This document shows, piece by piece, positions 30,747-38,273 of a stretch of 56,168 bases of DNA. The DNA comes from Candidatus Limnocylindria bacterium. Lineage in GTDB: Bacteria; Chloroflexota; Limnocylindria; QHBO01. The notes under the pieces are model-generated. The model had not been told where the DNA came from. It did no database searches and worked only from the letters and a program-made list of their open reading frames with translations. Every line of letters starts with the position of its first letter. Position 1 is the first letter of the stretch. Where the stretch lies: the NCBI GenBank assembly GCA_035759945.1, contig DASTTX010000202.1, positions 1-56,168 of the forward strand. The letters run 5' to 3'. The position numbers and the translations under genes were made by a program.

Positions 30747-31864
30747 CCGAGCCGCGCAGCCCACATCGCGCGTGGGTCGAGGTCGACCACGCCGCGATTC
30801 GTTCCAACCTGGCCACAATCCGCGACCGCGCGCCCGGCGCCGAGGTCATCGCCGTAGTCAAGGCCAACGCCTACGGCCACGGAGCCGAGGCGGTGGCCCG
30901 CACGCTCGTCGCGGCGGGGGTCGAGCGCCTGGCGGTGGCGACGGTCGACGAGGGCGTTGCGCTGCGAGATGCCGGCATCGGCGTGACGATCCTCGTCCTG
31001 TGGGGCATCGGGCCCGGCGAGGCGAAGGTGGTCGCCGATGCGAGGCTGGAACCGATCGTCTACGACGAGCGATCCATCAAGCTGCTGGAGGGGGCGACCG
31101 ATGCCGTCATCGGAGTCCATCTCAAGGTCGACACCGGGCTCGGCCGGCAGGGGGCCGCACCCGACGATGCGGTCGCTCTGGCGGCCGCGATCGCCCGCAG
31201 CCCGCACCTCGAGCTGGCCGGGACGATGAGCCACCTCGCCGTGCCGGGCGAGGACGATGCCTACACCGAGGTCCAGGTCCTGCGCCTTGCGCGCACGCTC
31301 GACGCGATGCGCTCGGCCGGCATCGACCCGGGGCTCGTCCACGTCAGCGCGACCGGGGGGATCCTGGCCGGCGACCCGGGTCTCGCCGGCGGCATCCGGC
31401 CCGGCCTGGCGTTGTACGGGCTACTGCCGGCGTGGGCGGCCGGCGATCCCATCGCGCTGCGGCCGGCGCTGAGCGTGAAGGCGCTGGCGCTGCGCATCTT
31501 CGATCTGCCTGCCGGGGAGGCCATCGGCTATGGCCTGCGCTTCCGCGCGCGGACCGCGACGCGCATCGCGACCCTCGGCATCGGCTACGGCGACGGCTGG
31601 CCACGAGCGCACGCCAACAACGGCTTCGCGCTCGTTCGTGGCCAGCGCGTGCCGATCGTCGGGGCGGTCAGCATGGATGGGCTGACGGTCGATATCGGCG
31701 GGGTGCCTGGTGTAACCTACGGCGACGAGTTCGTGCTCATCGGCAGCCAGGACGGCGAGCGGATCACCGCCGAAGAGGTCGCCGACGAGCGTCGCACCAT
31801 CAACTATGAAGTCACGACCGCGCTCCGCGGCCGGCTTCCGCGGCTCCACCTCGGAGCGGATTGA
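30743..31864 (+). CDS. alr: Alanine racemase
   Basis: ATG at 30743 (ATGA overlap with nnrD). PLP-lysine motif VVKANAYGHG, and VSMD near the C-terminus. Confidence 0.94.
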   Translation: MTEPRSPHRAWVEVDHAAIRSNLATIRDRAPGAEVIAVVKANAYGHGAEAVARTLVAAGVERLAVATVDEGVALRDAGIGVTILVLWGIGPGEAKVVADARLEPIVYDERSIKLLEGATDAVIGVHLKVDTGLGRQGAAPDDAVALAAAIARSPHLELAGTMSHLAVPGEDDAYTEVQVLRLARTLDAMRSAGIDPGLVHVSATGGILAGDPGLAGGIRPGLALYGLLPAWAAGDPIALRPALSVKALALRIFDLPAGEAIGYGLRFRARTATRIATLGIGYGDGWPRAHANNGFALVRGQRVPIVGAVSMDGLTVDIGGVPGVTYGDEFVLIGSQDGERITAEEVADERRTINYEVTTALRGRLPRLHLGAD

Positions 31865-31894
31865 ACCGGGCAGACCGCACCGAACGAAGGCACC

Positions 31895-32425
31895 ATGGCA
31901 GAACCGATCGAGATCGACGTCTGGCAGGGGGAGATCGCTGAACTCGAGGTGGATGCGATCGTCGTCGCCGCCAACGAGTCGCTCTTCATGACGGTTGGCG
32001 CCGGCGCTGCGGTGAAGCGCGCCGGTGGTGACGAGATCGAGCGCGCGGCCGTCGACCAGGGGCCGATTCGACCCGGAACGGCGGTGGCCACCGGCGGTGG
32101 CTCGCTGGTCGCCCCGTACGTGATCCACGCAGTCGCCGCCGGTCACGATCGTCGCGCCGATCCCGAGGCGTTGGCGGGTGCCGTCAAAGCTGTGCTTGCC
32201 TTCGCCGAACCGCTCCAGCTGCGCCGCATCGCGATGGCGCCGCTCGGGATCGAGCACGGGGTCTTCGCCGCCGCCGATGCGGCCACGATCATCGTCTCGA
32301 CCCTTCGCGCCGAGGCGCCGTCGACGCCGGTCGAGACGATCGTCCTCGCCGCCCCGCACGCCTCCGAGGTCCGCGCGCTGTCCGACGCCCTGCAGGCCGC
32401 CGAGGCCGGAGCGCGCTCCCGGTGA
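31895..32425 (+). CDS. Macro-domain protein (divergent)
   Basis: GEIAELEVDAIVVAANESL...AG......PG.A..T.GG.L.A.YVIHAV matches the macro fold order. The usual GGGV loop reads VGAG. Confidence 0.72.
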   Translation: MAEPIEIDVWQGEIAELEVDAIVVAANESLFMTVGAGAAVKRAGGDEIERAAVDQGPIRPGTAVATGGGSLVAPYVIHAVAAGHDRRADPEALAGAVKAVLAFAEPLQLRRIAMAPLGIEHGVFAAADAATIIVSTLRAEAPSTPVETIVLAAPHASEVRALSDALQAAEAGARSR

Positions 32426-32688
32426 GCGGCGGACCGGCGCGCCGGGTGGCCGAGACGCTCGACCGCCGAGGGCTCGCCGCGCCCGCGCGGCTCTTTGCCG
32501 ACGCTCATCGACCGCTCGCGCCGCTTCTCTCCGACCTGGGCGTCGCGCTCGGACCGCTCCTCGGCGCCGCGTTCGGGGGTCTGACCGCCGACGCGAGCGC
32601 GCTGCTCGAGGACGAGGACGGCCTCGATCTCCTCATCGACCAGCTGGATCGTCGCAGCCAGGGGGCCGGCGGTGCCGAGCCCGACTGA
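32422..32688 (+). CDS. Hypothetical small soluble protein (cluster gene A, 88 aa)
   Basis: GTG at 32422 overlaps the macro-domain stop (GTGA). Third-position G/C bias is strong in this frame. I recognise no family. Confidence 0.45.
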   Translation: MSGGPARRVAETLDRRGLAAPARLFADAHRPLAPLLSDLGVALGPLLGAAFGGLTADASALLEDEDGLDLLIDQLDRRSQGAGGAEPD

Positions 32689-33523
32689 ACTCGTCGCGGA
32701 CGTCATCCGCTTCGTCGGCGAGATCCTCGGCGCCTCGTCGCTCCGCTTCGAGACCGGTCCGACGCTGGTCGTCCTCGGGGTGCTCCTCGTGTTCCTTCAG
32801 CTCGTGGCCCGCCCGGTCAGCCGCTGGGTGACGAGCGATGCCGGCGGCCTGGCCAGCCTCGGACGCGCGATGGCACTGGCCGCGGAGGCCGGCACCGATG
32901 CGGTGATGTCGCTCGGCACGGCCGGCGTCGCGCGCTCGACCGACGTCCACGGCCGCCTCCAGACACTCGCGGCGCTGCCCGTGCTGGGCCACGTCGCCCG
33001 CGCCGCCGCGCGCAGCGGCGTCCCGCTGCGCGTCCTCACCAACGATCCATTGGCCGCCGCGGCCGCGGCGGCAACGCTGGACGCCGCACACGCGGCGACC
33101 TCGACGCAGGAGCGCGTCGGCCGCTCGCGGATCGTCATGGTGGGTGAGGGGCGGCTCGCGCCGGCCGGCCTGGTCATGACGGCGCGGGCGCGCCCGGCCG
33201 CCGCGGTTGCGGCCGGCAGCATGCGCGAGGAGGCAACGCTCCATCTCGAGGGCCTGCGTGGCGGCGCCGGCTCGCTCGCCGCGGCATCGGCCGAGGTGGC
33301 GCAGGCGCCATCGCTGCTGCTCGCCGGTGGCGGGGCGCTCGTCGGGGCCGAGGCCTTCCAGGTCGCGGCGGACCTGCGTGCCGACGTCGGTGAGCGGACC
33401 ATGGTCATCGCGGCCAACAGGCTGATCGGCTTCGCCGTGGCCGCCATCGTGATCGGCACGGCGCTCGCGCTCATGGGCATCATCCATCCAGCCGATCTGC
33501 TGCTCGGGATCGGCGAGGCGTGA
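32672..33523 (+). CDS. Hypothetical membrane protein, two TM segments flanking a ~200-aa Ala-rich domain (cluster gene B)
   Basis: TM1 is TLVVLGVLLVFLQLVA and TM2 is FAVAAIVIGTALALMGII. The coding frame has high GC3. GTG at 32672 is the only start upstream of TM1. Confidence 0.6.
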   Translation: MPSPTELVADVIRFVGEILGASSLRFETGPTLVVLGVLLVFLQLVARPVSRWVTSDAGGLASLGRAMALAAEAGTDAVMSLGTAGVARSTDVHGRLQTLAALPVLGHVARAAARSGVPLRVLTNDPLAAAAAAATLDAAHAATSTQERVGRSRIVMVGEGRLAPAGLVMTARARPAAAVAAGSMREEATLHLEGLRGGAGSLAAASAEVAQAPSLLLAGGGALVGAEAFQVAADLRADVGERTMVIAANRLIGFAVAAIVIGTALALMGIIHPADLLLGIGEA

Positions 33524-34137
33524 AGCGGGCGACCATTCCGGCCCTTGTCGTGGTCGTCGGGGTGCTGGTCCTCGCCGACCTGCTCCTCGTCAACGACTCC
33601 CTCTCCGAGCTGGCCGGCGTCGCCATCGACGCGGCCATCCTCGTCGCGGCCGGAGCGGCGCTGGCCGCGGTCGCGTCCCTCGCTGTCCGGCGCGCGCGCG
33701 ACCTGTGGCGCCGTCGTGGCGACCCCATCGGCGCCGCACTCGTGCTCGCCGGCATGGCAGCCGTGCTCATCGCCGGCCTGCGGCCCGGGGCCGCCGGCGC
33801 CAGCGACCCGGCGGTCGGCTGGCTGGTCGCCGCGCTCCTGATCCCGATCGGCGCGACGCTGTTCGGCCTGCTGTTCGTCACGACGCTCGCCGCATCGCGC
33901 CGTTCGCTGGCGTCGCGCAGCCGCGAGGCCACGGTCCTCGTCGGCGCTGCGCTCGTCGTGCTGCTGATGCTCCTGCCGATCGGCGGCGTCGTCGGGGAGC
34001 GGCTGTCCGACGCCGCCGGCTGGGCGCTCGCCGTGCCGATCGGGGCGGTCTTTCGCGGGATGCTCATCGGCGTCGCCATCCTGGCGGCGGTTTTCGCCGC
34101 GCGCACGCTGCTGGGGGTCGGCGCGACCGATGAGTGA
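33520..34137 (+). CDS. Hypothetical polytopic membrane protein, about 6 TM (cluster gene C)
   Basis: GTGA overlap with gene B. Six hydrophobic stretches are separated by short Arg-rich loops. Confidence 0.65.
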   Translation: MKRATIPALVVVVGVLVLADLLLVNDSLSELAGVAIDAAILVAAGAALAAVASLAVRRARDLWRRRGDPIGAALVLAGMAAVLIAGLRPGAAGASDPAVGWLVAALLIPIGATLFGLLFVTTLAASRRSLASRSREATVLVGAALVVLLMLLPIGGVVGERLSDAAGWALAVPIGAVFRGMLIGVAILAAVFAARTLLGVGATDE

Positions 34138-34957
34138 GCGGAGCGCCCTCGCCACGCGGCTGGCCCCGCTGCTGCTGGTTGTCGCCCTGGCGGCCGCGCT
34201 GCTGGCCGGCCTCGACGACCGTCTGATGCTCGAGAGCGCCGATGACGCCACGGCACGCGCCGTGACGGCGGCCTTCGACGCGATGCCCGACGACGCGCTC
34301 GTGCTGGTCGGCTTCGATCCGGACGTGGGCACCTATGCCGAGATTCGACCGACGGTACGGGCCGTGCTGGCCGATCTCCTCAACCGCGGGGCGACGCTCG
34401 CGGTCGTCAGCCTGACCACGGATGGACGCGCGCTGGCCATCGCCGAGCTGGCGCGCATGGATCGGGCGGAGGCGAACCCGCGGCAGCTCATCGACCTTGG
34501 CTTCCTGCCCGGGGCCGAGGCGGCGCTCGTTGCGCTGGCGCGCGGCATCGACGGCGCGTCGCAGGACCCCATCCGCGCGGATCTGCCCTCGGCCCCGGAC
34601 CTTGCCGTGGTGATCGGCGGCATCGACCTCGGGCCCCGCAGCTGGGTCGAGCAGGTCCAGCCGCGTATCGACGGCATGCCGATCGTGGCCGTCGCGCCGA
34701 CGGTGCTGCTGCCCGAGCTGGAGCCGTATCGCGCCAGCGGCCAGCTGGCGGCGTTGATCGGGACGCCGCGCGACGGTGCGGCGTACCGCGCACATGCGGA
34801 GCTCGGCCGGCTGGAGCGCATGGTCGACCCGTCCGCCGGCCCGTCGCCGGCAGCCATCCTGCTCGGCCTGCTGGTGGCGATCGGCGTGCTGGGGCAGGCC
34901 TTCGGCAGCCGGCTGGCTGCCGTCATGCGGGCCGCGCGACCCCGGGACGTCGCGTGA
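34130..34957 (+). CDS. Hypothetical membrane protein, N- and C-terminal TM anchors flanking a ~210-aa domain (cluster gene D)
   Basis: ATG at 34130 overlaps the gene C end by 8 nt. Anchors are LAPLLLVVALAAALLAGL and AAILLGLLVAIGVLGQAF. Confidence 0.65.
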   Translation: MSERSALATRLAPLLLVVALAAALLAGLDDRLMLESADDATARAVTAAFDAMPDDALVLVGFDPDVGTYAEIRPTVRAVLADLLNRGATLAVVSLTTDGRALAIAELARMDRAEANPRQLIDLGFLPGAEAALVALARGIDGASQDPIRADLPSAPDLAVVIGGIDLGPRSWVEQVQPRIDGMPIVAVAPTVLLPELEPYRASGQLAALIGTPRDGAAYRAHAELGRLERMVDPSAGPSPAAILLGLLVAIGVLGQAFGSRLAAVMRAARPRDVA

Positions 34958-35598
34958 GCGGCTTCTTCGGCACCGCCCAGGCCGATCAGATCGCGACCTG
35001 GGTCGCGGCACTGGCCACGATCGTCGTGCTCGGTGGACTGCTCGGGGAGCGGCGCGTCTTCGGCTGGTCGCAGCACCTCCTCGCCGGCCTGGCGACCGGC
35101 TTCCTGGCGCTGCTTGCGATCACCGAGGTCATCGTGCCGCGCGTCGTGGAGCCGCTCGTCGCCGACCCGGCCGGCCGCCCCGAGCTGTGGCTCGGGCTGC
35201 TTCTCGTGGCTGCGGCCGCAGCGGTGCCGTGGCTGCCGCGAGTCGTCGCCGGCCTCCCGCTGTCCATCACCATCGGCACGCTGGCCGCGTTCGCGCTGGG
35301 CGGCGCGGTGGTGGGGACGTTGCTGCCGCAGCTGGCGGCGACTGTCGCCGGTCGAGAGGCAACCCTTACCGACACCGTCGTCGGCGTCGCCGCGGCCGGC
35401 GTGAGCGGCCTGGTCCTCATCGGCTTCGTGCACGGCACTCCGCGAGGTCGTGTCGTGTCGCTGGCGGCGGCGGGCGGGCGTTGGCTCATGCTGGCCGGGC
35501 TGGGCGGCTGGCTCGGCTATCTGCTCTTCTCCAGGCTCGTCCTCCTGGTCGATCGGGTCGCCTTCCTCGTCGGCGACTGGCTCGGGCTGGCGAGATGA
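34954..35598 (+). CDS. Hypothetical polytopic membrane protein, about 6 TM (cluster gene E)
   Basis: GTGA overlap with gene D. Six hydrophobic stretches. Confidence 0.65.
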   Translation: MSGFFGTAQADQIATWVAALATIVVLGGLLGERRVFGWSQHLLAGLATGFLALLAITEVIVPRVVEPLVADPAGRPELWLGLLLVAAAAAVPWLPRVVAGLPLSITIGTLAAFALGGAVVGTLLPQLAATVAGREATLTDTVVGVAAAGVSGLVLIGFVHGTPRGRVVSLAAAGGRWLMLAGLGGWLGYLLFSRLVLLVDRVAFLVGDWLGLAR

Positions 35599-37217
35599 GC
35601 GACGTGAGCACCGAGCTCGCGCTCCTCGTCGACGTCGGCTCGGCGTGGGCCAAGGCGGGCGTGATCGGACGCGTGCGCGGACGCTGGCGGCTGGTCACGC
35701 AGGTCGCACAACCGACGGCCTGGGGCGCGGCCGAGCTGCGGCGCGGTCTCATCGATCGGCTCGTGGCCGCGGGCGATCCCCGGCTGGCGAACGAATGGGA
35801 CGCGCTCCTCGATGGTGCGACGCGGATCGAGTGCCACACGGCGCACAATCCGGGCCGGTTGGCGGTGGTCGCCGTGTCGCGCGAGGTCTCCGGCAGCAGC
35901 GCGCGTCGCGCCGCCGAAGCGGCCGGCTGGCAGGTCATCGAGGCGGTGACGCTGGACGACGGCCGCACGCTGGCCGATCGGCTCTCGCGGCTGCAATCCG
36001 CCGAAGTCGATGCCTGGCTGGTCGCCGGCGGCTTCGACGACGGGCGCAGCCCACGCGCCATGGAGGCCGCAGCGCTGGTGGCATCGGCGCGTCTTCCCGA
36101 TTCCGGCCCGGTCATCTGGGCGGGGTCCGCCCTGCTCGGCGACGATGTCGCGCTCCTGTTCGAGGAGGGCGCCGTCTCCACGGTGGCGAACCCACGGCCG
36201 GATGCGCGTCGCGAGGAGACGGGGCCGCTGCGCGACCATCTCCAGGCCGTCCTTCGCGCCATCGTCGCCGATGAGGACGAGCGACATCTCGCCTCGGTCG
36301 CGTTTCCGCGTGCGATCGCGACGATGGCGTCCGACGGCGGCCTGCGCATCCTGGGCATCGACGTCGGGGCTCGGGGAGCGGTGCATGCCGTCGCCGAGCC
36401 GGACGGGACAAGCGCGGTGCGGGTGTACTCGACCGGCGGTCTGGCGGGCGCGGTCGACGTACCAGGCGCCGCCGCGCGGGTCACCCGCATCGCGGGCGAT
36501 GCAGGTGACGAGGCCGCCGTGGCGGACACGCTGCAGACGCTGAGGGCGCGGCCGACGACGGTGCCCCAGCTTGCGGAGGAGCTGAGCGCGACGCAGGCGG
36601 CTGTCCGCATGCTCATCGCCGGCATGGTCGAGGATGGGCCGCCGGAGGCGGTCGACCTGGTCGTCGGTGCCGGACGCACGATCGCCGCCGCGCCCCATCC
36701 GGGCGCCGCCGCGCGCATGCTCCTCGACGGCGTTCGGCCGATCGGCGTCACGCAGCTCGCGGTCGATGCCGGCTCCGTGCTCGGACCGCTCGGCTCGCTG
36801 CCGGACGACGAGATCCACGAGGGCATCACCCTGCTGGCAGACGACCTGGTCGTGCCGCTCGGCACGTCCGTGGTGTGCCGCGGTGGCAGCGCGGGGCAGC
36901 TCGCCATGCGGGTCACCGTCCATCGTCCCGGCTGGCCGAGCCACGCGCCGATCGAGGTTCGCGTCGGTCAGCTGCAGGTCGTCCCGCTCGCCGCCGGCCA
37001 GGAGGCGGAGCTGCTGATCGAGCCCGGGCCCGGCATCACGCTGGGCGCGTCGCGCCGCTCGCCGCGCATCCAGGCCCGGGCGACCGGTGGCGCAGTGGGC
37101 ATCATGCTCGACGGCCGGGGAGTGCCGATCGCCCTGCCGCGGCGCGGCGACGATCGGCGCGCGGTGCTCGCCGCCTGGCACGACGCGCTGTCTCGGGACC
37201 TGGACCGCGTCACATGA
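35595..37217 (+). CDS. ASKHA (actin/Hsp70/sugar-kinase fold) ATPase, MutL/GlmL-like (cluster gene F, 540 aa)
   Basis: ATG at 35595 (ATGA overlap with gene E). It has a phosphate-1-like LLVDVGSAWAKAG and a second ILGIDVGARGAV motif. The motif order LAVVAVS...AGW.VIE...VDAWLVAGGFDDG...PVIWAGS resembles my recollection of glutamate-mutase component L. The track's 813-aa ORF 34776-37217 includes an out-of-frame shadow over genes D and E. Confidence 0.7.
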   Translation: MSDVSTELALLVDVGSAWAKAGVIGRVRGRWRLVTQVAQPTAWGAAELRRGLIDRLVAAGDPRLANEWDALLDGATRIECHTAHNPGRLAVVAVSREVSGSSARRAAEAAGWQVIEAVTLDDGRTLADRLSRLQSAEVDAWLVAGGFDDGRSPRAMEAAALVASARLPDSGPVIWAGSALLGDDVALLFEEGAVSTVANPRPDARREETGPLRDHLQAVLRAIVADEDERHLASVAFPRAIATMASDGGLRILGIDVGARGAVHAVAEPDGTSAVRVYSTGGLAGAVDVPGAAARVTRIAGDAGDEAAVADTLQTLRARPTTVPQLAEELSATQAAVRMLIAGMVEDGPPEAVDLVVGAGRTIAAAPHPGAAARMLLDGVRPIGVTQLAVDAGSVLGPLGSLPDDEIHEGITLLADDLVVPLGTSVVCRGGSAGQLAMRVTVHRPGWPSHAPIEVRVGQLQVVPLAAGQEAELLIEPGPGITLGASRRSPRIQARATGGAVGIMLDGRGVPIALPRRGDDRRAVLAAWHDALSRDLDRVT

Positions 37218-38248
37218 GCGTCCTGCATCGGGTTCGCCTGCCCGTCGGCGCGACCGTGCTGGTCGAGGTGGGACACAGCGTCGAGCCGGCCGAGGTGCTC
37301 GCCACCCGACGCCCGGCGTCGGGAGGGATGAGCGTGCCGATCGCCTCGCGGCTGCGCCGGTCGGCCGCCGACGCGGCGGACCTGCTCGCCGTCCGCCCCG
37401 GGACCGCGCTCGAGGCCGGTGACCGGATCGCGGACGACGGTCACGGTCGCGAGGTTCTCGCGCCGCAGGCGTGCCTGTTCCTTGGCTACGACCTCGATGA
37501 CGGCTCGGCGCTGGTCGCGCCACTCGGCCCGACGGAGCCGATCCTCGGCCACGTCCGCGGCGAGGTCACCTCCGTCACGCCGGACGCGATCGAGATTCGC
37601 GTGGCCGGAGCGCTCGTGACCGGGGTCGGTGGGAGCGGCAAGGCGGTCCACGGCGAGCTCCGAATGGCGGTCCATGAGCCCGGCGACGAGCTCAGAGCCG
37701 GCGGCATCGACGTCAGCGCGACCGGACGCATCCTGGTCGGCGGCTCCCGAGCCTCGGCCGAGGCGCTGACCAGGGCACGTGCCATGGGCGTGGCCGGGAT
37801 CGTGGTCGGTGGCGTGCTCGACAAGGAGCTGCGCGACTTCGAGGCCGCCCAGCGCCGTCGGCGCGAGGTCGGCGGTGCGCGCGGCGACCTGGCGATCGTG
37901 ATCGTCGAGGGCTTCGGCAAGGTCGGCATCGGCGCGGAGCTGTTCGCCTGGTTCCGTTCGCACGAGGGCCGCGTGGCCAGCGTCTTCGGCGCGACGGCAC
38001 GCGTCTACGTCTACGAGGCCGATGCACCGCCTCCGCGGCGAATCCTGGCACGGCCGGGGAACCGCGTCCTGGCGCTGCGGCGACCCTTCGCCGGCATCGG
38101 TGGGGAGCTCCTGCGCGTCCTCGACCAGCCCCATGCCAATGGGGCGGGCGTCGTGTCTCGCTCGGCACTGGTTCGTTTCGAGGACGGGCGCACCGCGGTC
38201 GTGCCGCTCGCCAACCTCGAGGCGACGGGGGACCTGTCCGGCGGCTGA
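37214..38248 (+). CDS. Hypothetical multi-domain protein with a barrel-sandwich-hybrid-like N-terminus (cluster gene G, 344 aa)
   Basis: ATG at 37214 (ATGA overlap with gene F). The lipoyl/biotinyl-like pattern VLVEVGHSVEPAEVLA...LEAGDRIA is followed by a GIVVGGV alpha/beta segment and a C-terminal KOW/SH3-like GNRVLAL...VRFEDGRTAVVPL. Confidence 0.62.
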   Translation: MSVLHRVRLPVGATVLVEVGHSVEPAEVLATRRPASGGMSVPIASRLRRSAADAADLLAVRPGTALEAGDRIADDGHGREVLAPQACLFLGYDLDDGSALVAPLGPTEPILGHVRGEVTSVTPDAIEIRVAGALVTGVGGSGKAVHGELRMAVHEPGDELRAGGIDVSATGRILVGGSRASAEALTRARAMGVAGIVVGGVLDKELRDFEAAQRRRREVGGARGDLAIVIVEGFGKVGIGAELFAWFRSHEGRVASVFGATARVYVYEADAPPPRRILARPGNRVLALRRPFAGIGGELLRVLDQPHANGAGVVSRSALVRFEDGRTAVVPLANLEATGDLSGG

Positions 38249-38273
38249 GCCTGCCGTTCCTATACTTTCCCGC

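Noticed and set aside
34776-37217. An 813-aa + strand ORF that could be read as one large protein.
   Set aside because: Its first ~273 residues are Arg/Pro/Gly-rich and overlap genes D and E in a different frame. An ATG at 35595 in an ATGA overlap with gene E begins the ASKHA phosphate-1 motif, so only 35595-37217 is called.
38234-38266. A full sigma-70 promoter (-35 plus -10) upstream of tsaE.
   Set aside because: Only the -10 (TATACT) is convincing. Sequences 16-19 nt upstream (CCGGCG, GCGGCT) do not resemble TTGACA. It is kept only as a tentative leaderless-start finding.
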